A stretch of DNA of 64,000 nucleotides, taken from positions 192,001 to 256,000 of the forward strand of contig JBFOMH010000017.1 in NCBI GenBank assembly GCA_040830765.1, written 5' to 3'. The translations under genes and the position numbers were made by a program. Shown here in pieces: positions 44,201-52,249 of the stretch (position 1 is the stretch's first letter; each line of letters starts with the position of its first letter). Source of the stretch: Puniceicoccaceae bacterium (GTDB lineage: Bacteria > Verrucomicrobiota > Verrucomicrobiia > Opitutales > Oceanipulchritudinaceae). The notes below the pieces were generated by a model that saw only the letters and a program-made list of their open reading frames with translations, was not told the origin of the DNA and did not search any database.

Positions 44201-47200
44201 AAGCCGGGTTGTGGATGTCATCGACACTGTTGCCCCGTCCATATCCCTCAACCAGCCGGATTATGGAACGATTGTCTGTGGTGTGGACAGCTATGTGGAA
44301 TACGGTGCCAGTGCCACGGATAATTGCCAGACCTCCATTTCAGTGGGTGCCCCGATCCGGACGGACCTGCCATTGGCGAGTGTAGATTCCTTTGAAACCT
44401 ACTTGCTGACATACACGGCCACTGATGCCACCGGAAACGCTGCCTCGGTTTCCCGCACAGTTGACATCATCGACAACAGCGCCCCAACGTTTACTTCCGT
44501 TCCTGCAGACTCACAGCCCCTCACGGATGCGGGGTACTGCTTTGCCACGGTGGAGTTCGAAGCCGTTGCTACGGATACCTGTGATACCGATCTGACCATT
44601 ACCTACGACATCCTTCCCAACGAAGCTTATCCTGACGGCCTGAATGGGATCCAGTCTGGTCACCGCTTCCCGCCACTTCCCGATGGTCAGGGTGGGTGGT
44701 TGCCTCATGTTGTCCGCGTTACCGCCACCGATGATACCGGGAAATCCGTTTCCGACACCTTCGACGTGACGGTCGAAGACAAGTATAACAACTGCGCCTT
44801 CAATGTGGCCTGGCCCGCTTCCCTCGACCTGAGTTTCGAACAAAGGGATGGATTTGTTGAAGCAACCCAGCAGCAGTTGCTGGGGCTGACCGACCAGTCC
44901 CGCTGGTACAAGTTTTCGGTGACGCCAGGCAGCCGGGTGACGATTATCCTTTCCAGCCTCCCGGCCAATTATGACATCGTCGTTTACCGTGATATACGGG
45001 AAGAATTCGAACGTATCCTCGATCTTTTCCTCAATGGCACATCCGAGGAACAGGAGCTTTCCCTTCTCGGTGCGGAATTCGCCCCGGAAAGCTTCACTCC
45101 GGAAAGTTTCCTCCCCGAAAGCTTCCTCCCGGAAAGTTTCCTTCCGGAAAGCTTCCTCCCGGAGAGCTTCCTGCCTGAGAGTTTTCTCCCGGAAAGTTTT
45201 ATTGCCGAAGCCTTCTCCCCGGAAAGTTTTCTCCCGGAAAGCTTCATCCCGGAGAGCTTCCTCGTGGACAGTTATTCACCGGAAAGCTTCCTTCCGGAAA
45301 GTTTCCTTCCCGAGAGCTTCCTGCCTGAGAGTTTTCTCCCCGAAAGTTTTCTTCCAGAGAGTTTTATAGGAGAAGAGAATTTTACCCCCGAGTCGTTTAT
45401 CGCCGCCCAGCTGTCGAGCATGATTGCCTATTCCGCATTTCCGGGCGTGGCCAGTGAAGGAGTAACCATCAATACCTACACCACAAGCGGGGATTTCTAT
45501 GTTCGCGTGCGCGGAGCCAATGGTGTCTTTGACGGTATTAATCCGTTCACCTTGTCGGTCTTCATTGAGGAAGAAGTCTGTGGTGATCCCGATGGGGAAG
45601 GACCCTTGACGGGAGTCCAGGGTCCGGAGTCCTTTGCCGGAGCAGTTCCCCAGGGACTAGCTGGCGACTTCCAGACTCTCATCCTCTGGGATTCCTCCCG
45701 CACAGCTGGAAGCGATACCGACATCGCAACACTCGGCTCCATGTTGGAGACCTTCAAGCAGCGCACCGAGGTCAATGGTGAAATCATCGACCTGGCCCTT
45801 CAGGATCGCGTCGTGGAGGCAAATATCCAGGCGGATGCCTACCCAACCTGCCCATACGCCAAGAATCTCGTCGCTGAGGAAATAAAGGCTGTCATCGATG
45901 CCTGGAGGGATTCCACCACGGTCGACGGGGTTTCCTCCCTGAAGTACATCATGCTACTGGGTAATGATGATGTCATTCCGTTCTTCCGGACAACCGATCA
46001 GGCTTTCCTGGCCAACGAATCCAATTACGTCCCACCGGTGCGGGATAACAACCATTCCCAGTCCAGCTTGCGCTACGGGCAAATCCTGACCCAGGATCCT
46101 TATGGAGCAGATTGCGTGGTCAACCTTTCGACCGGTCCCTATCCCTACGGGGGACTTGCTGTGGGCCGTCTTGTGGAATCCGCTGCCGACATGATTGGCC
46201 AATTGGAAAACTACAACGCCTTGAGCGGTGGCCTGCTTCCCGTTCCGGATACCGCACTGGTTACCGGGTATGACTTCCTTGATGACCTTGCCGGTGCAGT
46301 CGAATTCGAATTGGAAGCAGCCCTTGGGAGCCAGATCGATACCTTGGTCGATGCCTCGACAACAGCCCCGGCCGATGGCTGGACAGCGACTGAGCTGGCG
46401 GACATTTTCCTCGGCTCCCATCATGACATCGTATTCCTTGCCGGTCACTTCAGCACCGGTAGCGCCCTGGCAGCCGACTACGAGACCCGTCTGACGGCAG
46501 CCCAGGTCAGGGAATCTGGTGCCGACTTGCTAAACACTTTAATCTTCAGCATCGGCTGTCACTCCGGTTACAACACCGTGGACAGCCATGCCATCAACGG
46601 GATTACCAAGCAGCCGGACTGGGCCCAGGCCTTTGCCCAGATGGGGGCCACCCTGATTGCCGGTACCGGCTACCAGTACGGTGATACCGAGTTTGTTGAG
46701 TACAGTGAACGCCTCTATCTGGAGATGGTGCGTCAGCTTCGGACCGGACCCGGCGCGGTGTCGGTTGGGGAAGCATTGGTCAATGCCAAGAAGAAGTACC
46801 TTGCCGAAACCGAATTGATGCGGGGGATTCATGAAAAATCCCTCCTGCAGGCGACGCTCTTCGGGTTCCCGATGCTGAAAATGAATGTGCCCGGTGACCG
46901 CATTACTTCTCCGTCAGGAAGTTCGGTGGTCCCTGCATCCCTTCCTGTGGTAGGCAGCAATCCAGGTCAATACCTCGGGCTTTCAGCTCATGACCTGAAC
47001 CTCGATTACAGCAGTCTGCCCCTTGTCGAGCCCAACACCTTGACCGTCTTTGATCCGGGAGCTGATCCTGGCGACAAGTCGGATGACACTGAATACACCT
47101 TGAAGTGGTATGAGGGTGGGAACGGCATTGTCAGTAATCCGATCGAGCCGGTGCGTCCATTGGACAGTTATTTCGTTTCAGTCCCCGGCAATCTGCTCCG

Positions 47201-49421
47201 CGGTGTCGGATTCCGGGGCGGTGATTATATCGATGAAAGCAATTTCCTCACTCTCACGGGTGCCCCGACTACGGAAATCCGCGGGGTCTTTGGTGAGTTC
47301 ATAACGGAAGTCTTCTATCCCGTGCAGCCATACAGCACCAACTATTTCGGCGCTATCTGTGGCGCTAACGAGGGCGAGCGGCTCAATGTCTACCGTACCC
47401 AGTACTACAACCCGGATGATGGAATCGAGGGCGGTACGCTGCGGAAGTACAGCAGCATGAACTTCCGTTTGTACTACAACAACAACCGGGAAACGTACTA
47501 CAATGCCAATGGGGATGCCATCATCCCGGCCTTGACGGCTCCACCCTCCATTTCCCGGGTTCTCTCATCAACTGATGGGTCATCGGTCGATTTCGATATC
47601 ACGGTGCTCGCTTCCCCGGCAGTCGGTGTCCAGGAAGTCTGGATTACCTACACCGGCATACCCGGCTCAGCCCTCCATGGCTCATGGCAATCCTTCGACC
47701 TGGGGCAAGGCGCTCTTCCGGACACAATGGTCTGGTCGGGGAACCTGCCTTTGCCCGAAGGCGTTCATCCCGACGAGGTCCGTTTCATGGTTCAGGCGGC
47801 ATCCGGCATAGGCCTGGTATCCCTGAAGAGCAACTTCGGCCAGTATTATCAGGTCGGTGTCGATGAACTGGCCGCGCGAATGACATCGGAGATTTCCATA
47901 ACGGAAGTTTTGCCCGCAGCGGCCGACTATGGCTACGGTGAGACCTTGACCGTCAAAGCCCTCCTGAAGGGTTACAGCGAGTCGAGCCAATCCTTTGAAG
48001 CCCTTGCCGGCAAGCGGGTGGGGATCCGGGTCGGTGCCTCGCGGGTTTCCGGGACGACCGGGGCGGACGGTATTGTCACCCTTGACCTTCCCCTTCAGGT
48101 GCGCCCTGCCACCGAGTTGCTGCAGGCCTATTTTACCGGGGACCTGCTCTTCAGCCCAAGCGCGGTTGATCAACCTATCACTATCACAAAGCAGGACACG
48201 GTTCTTGCTTTCGATGAAGGCATTCCGGTTCCACCCAATGAGATCTTCGGATCGGATGTGGTGGTTAGCCTGCGCGATGCCATTGGTACGCCCTTGAAGG
48301 AACGGACGGTCTTCTTCCTCGTCGATTACGGCTCCTTCCAGATTGGCAACTCTGTCATCACGGACATCGCCGGGCGGGCTGATTTGAGCGAAATCTTCCT
48401 GCCCTCTGGAAGTGCTACCATTACGGCCTACTTCAATGGCACTATTCCCTTGCCGGACGCCGATCCGGTGACGATTACCGATTTGCTCTACAAAGCCGCA
48501 ACCCCGGTCAGTATCGACGTTCTCCTGGATCAGCCGATCAGGGAGGATAGCCTGGGCTTCGATCCGCAACAGGTGGATATCTATTACAAGTCCAGTGGCA
48601 ACGGGAGAAACGCCATTCCTCTCTATGAGAACGCTTCCATAGCCGGTGACGTGGCTTTTAATGTACCGCTTCAGCCTGATGACTTGACAGCAGATCTTGA
48701 GAATCCGGATTACATCTCCGGCTATGTTTTTGCCACCCTGGCGGGTGAAGTTATCGTCGATGAACCGGTTACCCTGGACACGCGCGGCGACAACGGCAAT
48801 CACTGGACGACGACCAGTCAGCCCGGACAGGCAGCTGCCTACGTTGGCATTCACTGGTCGGATGCACCTCGCTTCGACAGTGCCCTGTCCGAGAGTCCAG
48901 GCCCCAGGATTTCCACTGTTTTCATCGGTAACAACTTCACTGAGTTCCGGTACGTCCCTCTACCGGGTACTGGCAGCTATACCACGACATTCCCCAATGG
49001 TGGACCAACGATCGTGGTCAAGCGGGGAGTTGTCGATCCTGAGGCCAGCGGTCTGGCGGAAGGAGAGTACGGTCTTGATGAGGGTGGTCTGGTCTTCACT
49101 GTCAAATTTGGACTGGAACCGGGAATGAGCTTCCTCACACGGGACAGTTCGAACAACAATCCGTTCCCGGATATCGAAGTGGAGGTGATTCCTGAGATTA
49201 ACTATCTCACCGAAGGCGGGCGCATGATCATCCGGCTTCAGGCGGTTCCCGGCATGCCGGAATTTCCGCCGGCATCGAATGCGGAACCCAACCTTTTCGA
49301 GTGTCGGTTTATCCTCGGGCCCGATGATGGTGTCCAGGTCCGCTCCATCGCACGGATTGGAGAAGGTCTTTACGCAATTCCCTGGACCAGTGAAGATCCC
49401 GGGCACAAACAATACCGGTGA
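41259..49421 (+). CDS. Giant (2720 aa) secreted modular protein: two beta-helix/choice-of-anchor-Q modules, Ig-like/HYR repeats, PPC-like domain with xPESF array, C25/caspase-clan peptidase domain, Ig-like domains
   Basis: Signal peptide; GGA(I/V) repeats and SPAIDAG...DIGSVE; DTTAPTVTL repeats; peptidase motifs YIMLLG, VGRL, AGH, GCHSG, GEALVNAK and LFGFP. Confidence 0.8.
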   Translation: MRSRHVLFCCLNFFFGIIVTPLQAAEIKVDSTADPGPLRDAIIGAAPGDVVLLRAEGEVLLTSPLPVRRGIRIEGQSGPLAHTLKVSGDFRHFDVSGLPVDETATIARLTLEGNLPEDAGGGISSRSNLLLESVQVVDSSAEHGGAIAQTGASLGIDLSYFARNESELAGGLEGSGGAVYASGAELTVTSTGFVSNVAGSGGAIAFAGPDSSLIVRSSTFSGNRAVISGGAVSLASGDGRFINLTLVDNNSGADTLSHINAGTNAITVGNSLVVGEGDGLPGILGDLQAEGTGTNRSGTDLSLGLGMPAGAYGGLRPTYLLHPGRTALPDGSNLLLPETDRDQRGLARFSDGDGEGGDIVDQGAFEVQHYKVSALQIRGSATGGKDDGGYGNPFDPSDDADSIASADVFVQLTNTNKADIGDAVGANNAAGGGSVSFDERTWGGRVVLKGRELEVRRDIAIYGPGATRMFIDGSASSPVFRIGEAGQDVLAYMEGISIENGLAETGAGIVVQDGGRVSLKEVQLKGNSASLAGGGIAVLSGATDLYRSSLIDNQAGDQGGGIFGSIDSVIVIDTSTLSGNSAGSMGGAVASSGDLTIDSSTIVANGANSNTGLLVEGATGIIQNTILSLGTADTIDAGSGTSVNSGGYNLSEASEGGFLLNATDLSGTDPELNVRSLNDGETLSHAPKGTSPAIDAGSSYFPLVDGQLDQPGNDRVKGAAIDIGSVELQNDSPTIECISEPDTECVSSSGALVAVDVLVDDVDKDDLTVTWSAAGVSETQNVAGAELPLASPLSQDLLLPIGTTTVTITVSDGFTSASCAVMVKVADTTAPTVTLSGPTSINLECGIDAYVEYGATASDICDPGPTVVISPILDSYPETGTYTVTYTAADAAGNSSSATRTVNVVDTTDPVVTLNGSALVTLQCGVDTFSDPGATALDDCEGALDVGLPVRTDLELLTENSVETYRLTYSVTDSSGNTGSASRVVDVIDTVAPSISLNQPDYGTIVCGVDSYVEYGASATDNCQTSISVGAPIRTDLPLASVDSFETYLLTYTATDATGNAASVSRTVDIIDNSAPTFTSVPADSQPLTDAGYCFATVEFEAVATDTCDTDLTITYDILPNEAYPDGLNGIQSGHRFPPLPDGQGGWLPHVVRVTATDDTGKSVSDTFDVTVEDKYNNCAFNVAWPASLDLSFEQRDGFVEATQQQLLGLTDQSRWYKFSVTPGSRVTIILSSLPANYDIVVYRDIREEFERILDLFLNGTSEEQELSLLGAEFAPESFTPESFLPESFLPESFLPESFLPESFLPESFLPESFIAEAFSPESFLPESFIPESFLVDSYSPESFLPESFLPESFLPESFLPESFLPESFIGEENFTPESFIAAQLSSMIAYSAFPGVASEGVTINTYTTSGDFYVRVRGANGVFDGINPFTLSVFIEEEVCGDPDGEGPLTGVQGPESFAGAVPQGLAGDFQTLILWDSSRTAGSDTDIATLGSMLETFKQRTEVNGEIIDLALQDRVVEANIQADAYPTCPYAKNLVAEEIKAVIDAWRDSTTVDGVSSLKYIMLLGNDDVIPFFRTTDQAFLANESNYVPPVRDNNHSQSSLRYGQILTQDPYGADCVVNLSTGPYPYGGLAVGRLVESAADMIGQLENYNALSGGLLPVPDTALVTGYDFLDDLAGAVEFELEAALGSQIDTLVDASTTAPADGWTATELADIFLGSHHDIVFLAGHFSTGSALAADYETRLTAAQVRESGADLLNTLIFSIGCHSGYNTVDSHAINGITKQPDWAQAFAQMGATLIAGTGYQYGDTEFVEYSERLYLEMVRQLRTGPGAVSVGEALVNAKKKYLAETELMRGIHEKSLLQATLFGFPMLKMNVPGDRITSPSGSSVVPASLPVVGSNPGQYLGLSAHDLNLDYSSLPLVEPNTLTVFDPGADPGDKSDDTEYTLKWYEGGNGIVSNPIEPVRPLDSYFVSVPGNLLRGVGFRGGDYIDESNFLTLTGAPTTEIRGVFGEFITEVFYPVQPYSTNYFGAICGANEGERLNVYRTQYYNPDDGIEGGTLRKYSSMNFRLYYNNNRETYYNANGDAIIPALTAPPSISRVLSSTDGSSVDFDITVLASPAVGVQEVWITYTGIPGSALHGSWQSFDLGQGALPDTMVWSGNLPLPEGVHPDEVRFMVQAASGIGLVSLKSNFGQYYQVGVDELAARMTSEISITEVLPAAADYGYGETLTVKALLKGYSESSQSFEALAGKRVGIRVGASRVSGTTGADGIVTLDLPLQVRPATELLQAYFTGDLLFSPSAVDQPITITKQDTVLAFDEGIPVPPNEIFGSDVVVSLRDAIGTPLKERTVFFLVDYGSFQIGNSVITDIAGRADLSEIFLPSGSATITAYFNGTIPLPDADPVTITDLLYKAATPVSIDVLLDQPIREDSLGFDPQQVDIYYKSSGNGRNAIPLYENASIAGDVAFNVPLQPDDLTADLENPDYISGYVFATLAGEVIVDEPVTLDTRGDNGNHWTTTSQPGQAAAYVGIHWSDAPRFDSALSESPGPRISTVFIGNNFTEFRYVPLPGTGSYTTTFPNGGPTIVVKRGVVDPEASGLAEGEYGLDEGGLVFTVKFGLEPGMSFLTRDSSNNNPFPDIEVEVIPEINYLTEGGRMIIRLQAVPGMPEFPPASNAEPNLFECRFILGPDDGVQVRSIARIGEGLYAIPWTSEDPGHKQYR
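45081..45398 (+). repeat. In-frame 15-bp tandem repeat encoding 18 xPESF pentapeptides plus degenerate units (IAEAF, LVDSY, IGEENF)
   Basis: Counted from DNA (consensus CTY CCN GAR AGY TTY); codons vary synonymously. Confidence 0.95.
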
Positions 49422-49544
49422 GGATTCCCTGCCGGTTTGGATAATTACGGGATTGACGCCTCACCATGTGCACCAAATCTTTGTCCGCATGCCCGCGCCG
49501 GTGTGTGCATATCAGAATAACCAGACTATAGTTGCATCCGTTTT

Positions 49545-49898
49545 ATGCTGACCCTTTTTGAGCAAGCCCTCGTCATGCACATCATTGGCGATTGGATCCT
49601 CCAGAACGATTGGATGGCCAACAACAAGCTGAGCCTGAAACATCCAGCTGCCTGGATACATGCCGGTATTCACGCTGTCCTCCTGGGCTTAGTCCTCGGG
49701 TGGCCAGCGGGGCTGATTATCGGGGTTTTCCACATGTTGATCGATACCCGGGTTCCTTTTCGCTGGTGGCAGCGCACGTTTCGCATGACGGAGGATGGGC
49801 CCACCGCTGTCCATGTCGCCATCTGGACGGATCAGGTGATGCACGTCCTATGTCTTGCCATCTGGGTACAATTCTTTGCAGACTTTACCCTGAATTAA
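49545..49898 (+). CDS. DUF3307-like membrane protein
   Basis: HIIGDWILQxxWMAxxK, HAGIH, HMLID and DQVMH motifs. Confidence 0.8.
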   Translation: MLTLFEQALVMHIIGDWILQNDWMANNKLSLKHPAAWIHAGIHAVLLGLVLGWPAGLIIGVFHMLIDTRVPFRWWQRTFRMTEDGPTAVHVAIWTDQVMHVLCLAIWVQFFADFTLN

Positions 49899-49935
49899 TT
49901 CTCTCTCAGACAACCGATAACTGGATATCCTTCCC

Positions 49936-50319
49936 ATGAGTGATAAAATCAAGTTCAAGATTCTCAAGCACGCCGGCAACCTCGATGAATTCAAGCAAGG
50001 TGATACTATCTTCAAAAAGGGAGATCCCGGCGAGACGATGTTTGTCGTGGCCTCTGGAACAGTGGACATCGTTGCCGAGGGTTCGGTTGTGGACCAGTTG
50101 ACCGAAGGCGATATTTTTGGGGAAATGTCCCTTATCGACAAGCAGGTACGCAGTGCCGATGCTGTGGCCAATACCGACTGTTCCCTCGTCACTATCGACG
50201 AGAAGCGCTTCCTGTACATGACCGACCACACGCCACGATTTGCCCTGCAGGTGATGCGCCTGGTGGCCAATCGTCTGCGCGACCGCATGGCTGAGCTGGA
50301 AGAGCTGCGTAAGCAGTAG
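49936..50319 (+). CDS. Stand-alone cyclic-nucleotide-binding (CNB) domain protein
   Basis: IFKKGDPGETMFVVASG and the phosphate-binding cassette FGEMSLID...RSADA; no HTH. Confidence 0.9.
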   Translation: MSDKIKFKILKHAGNLDEFKQGDTIFKKGDPGETMFVVASGTVDIVAEGSVVDQLTEGDIFGEMSLIDKQVRSADAVANTDCSLVTIDEKRFLYMTDHTPRFALQVMRLVANRLRDRMAELEELRKQ

Positions 50320-50409
50320 GGTTCCGCCAGGCTAGCGGATTGTTCGCCTGAAAATATACTCGATTGGCGAATTGGGCACAATAGATGCTCAATCCAAGGC
50401 TCATCAGCA

Positions 50410-52242
50410 ATGAGCCTTTTTACCTCCTCTCTCAACAGTATCCGGCACCTCATTGAGGAAATCCACGAGAACCACCGGCATCTCTACGAAGGTGAGATCG
50501 CGGATTACATCCCGGAACTGACTCGGGCCAACCCGGACTGGTTCGGGATCGCCATCACGACCGTTGACGGTCGGCAGTACCTCGTTGGTGACACGGCCAT
50601 CGAGTTTACTATCCAGTCCGTTTCCAAGCCCTTTATTTATGGTCTGGCACTGGATGCCATCGGGCCTGAGGCGGTTCGGCACAAGATAGATGTCGAGCCG
50701 TCGGGTGAGGCCTTCAATTCGATCAGCCTGAAGCCGACAACGGGTCAGCCGATGAATCCGATGATCAATGCCGGGGCCATTGCGGCAACGGGCATGATCC
50801 CGGCAAGCTCGGCCGAGGAGCGGTTTGCCTTTATCCTGCAAAAATTCAGCGACCTGGCCGGATGCCAACTGACCCTCGATGACTCCGTCTACCGCTCGGA
50901 AAGCGAAACAGGATTCCGCAACCGGGCCATTGGCAACCTGATGCGCAACTTTGATATCCTCGAGGGAGAGGTCGATCCCATCCTTGAGGCTTACTTCATG
51001 CAGTGTGCCATCCTTGTCGATAGCAAGTCATTGTCTGTTATGGGAGCAACCCTTGCCAATGGGGGAGTGAATCCTCTCACCGGCGAACGGGTCCTGAGCC
51101 GGGCCTCTGTGGAGAAGGTAATCAGTGTCATGAGTACCTGTGGCATGTACGACTATTCTGGCAACTGGGCCTTTGAGGTCGGGATTCCGGCCAAAAGTGG
51201 CGTGGGTGGCGGCATCATCGGGGTACTGCCGGGACAGCTCAGTGTGGCGGTCTTCTCGCCCTTGCTGGACCCGAATTTCAACAGTGTCCGGGGTATCGCC
51301 ACTTTTCGGGACTTGTCACAGAGCTTTGGACTCCACTTGTTCAACCGGCCCTCATTGACCGACTATGTCATTCGTCGCTCTTACACTTTGGCGGAATTCC
51401 AATCGAGCCACTTCCGGCCCAAGGAGGCGCATGATATCCTCCAGAGAGAGGGAGAACGGGTACGCATTTTCGAACTGCAGGGTGATCTCTATTTCGGTGC
51501 CCTGGAAAGGCTTATCCATGCATACCTGCAGAACTTCGACAATATGGAGCGGGCGGTTATCGACCTGACCCGGATTGGGAGTATTGATGAAGCAACGCGG
51601 GAAATCGTCTTCCGTTTTGCCAGGCAGGGATTTGAGAAGGGGAAGCGTATCGTCCTCGTCGATCCGGGCGGGATTTTCACAGAAGAGGAACGACGCAGCC
51701 TGGTCCCGATGGCCTTTGTTTACAATGATTGCGACGAGGCCCTTGAGGATGCCGAAGAAAACCTTCTCGCCCAATTTGGGGCCCGTACGGAGGCCACCCT
51801 GGCCGTTCCATTCGAGGCCATGGACCTTCTCCAGGATATGGAGACGGCAGCCCTGGATGAGCTCATGGCATTATGCGAACGCCGTTCCATTTCAGCGGGT
51901 TCAACGATTATCAAGCAAGGCACTCCTCCCTTGGAGATGTACTTCCTTTCGAAAGGCACGGTTGGCGTGCTCCTGCCACGGGAGAATGGTAAAGACTTCC
52001 GTCAGGTCTCCAGTTTTACCCCGGGCATGAGTTTTGGTGAACTGGGATTCCTGCAGGGCCAAATCCGGACCGCAGATGTGAAAGCGATCACGGACGTCGA
52101 GCTCTATGCATTGGACCAAAAGGCTATCGGGGCATTCCGGAAGTCACATCCGGAAGGTTACCAAACGATTCTCCACAACGCCTTGCTTTCCATGTCCGAC
52201 CGCCTGCTGCGTGCGAACAGGGAAGTGGCGGCATTGAAATAA
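50410..52242 (+). CDS. glsA: Glutaminase A fused to STAS and cNMP-binding domains
   Basis: ADYIPEL, FTIQSVSKP (catalytic SxxK), NPMINAGAI and PAKSGVGGG; STAS-like ELQGDLYFG...IDLTRI; CNB motif FGELGF...RTADV. Confidence 0.9.
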   Translation: MSLFTSSLNSIRHLIEEIHENHRHLYEGEIADYIPELTRANPDWFGIAITTVDGRQYLVGDTAIEFTIQSVSKPFIYGLALDAIGPEAVRHKIDVEPSGEAFNSISLKPTTGQPMNPMINAGAIAATGMIPASSAEERFAFILQKFSDLAGCQLTLDDSVYRSESETGFRNRAIGNLMRNFDILEGEVDPILEAYFMQCAILVDSKSLSVMGATLANGGVNPLTGERVLSRASVEKVISVMSTCGMYDYSGNWAFEVGIPAKSGVGGGIIGVLPGQLSVAVFSPLLDPNFNSVRGIATFRDLSQSFGLHLFNRPSLTDYVIRRSYTLAEFQSSHFRPKEAHDILQREGERVRIFELQGDLYFGALERLIHAYLQNFDNMERAVIDLTRIGSIDEATREIVFRFARQGFEKGKRIVLVDPGGIFTEEERRSLVPMAFVYNDCDEALEDAEENLLAQFGARTEATLAVPFEAMDLLQDMETAALDELMALCERRSISAGSTIIKQGTPPLEMYFLSKGTVGVLLPRENGKDFRQVSSFTPGMSFGELGFLQGQIRTADVKAITDVELYALDQKAIGAFRKSHPEGYQTILHNALLSMSDRLLRANREVAALK

Positions 52243-52249
52243 ACCGCCC

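Noticed and set aside
45081..45398. 15-bp tandem repeat considered as a CRISPR array or non-coding VNTR
   Set aside because: No spacers and no cas genes; variation is concentrated at synonymous positions of an in-frame coding repeat.
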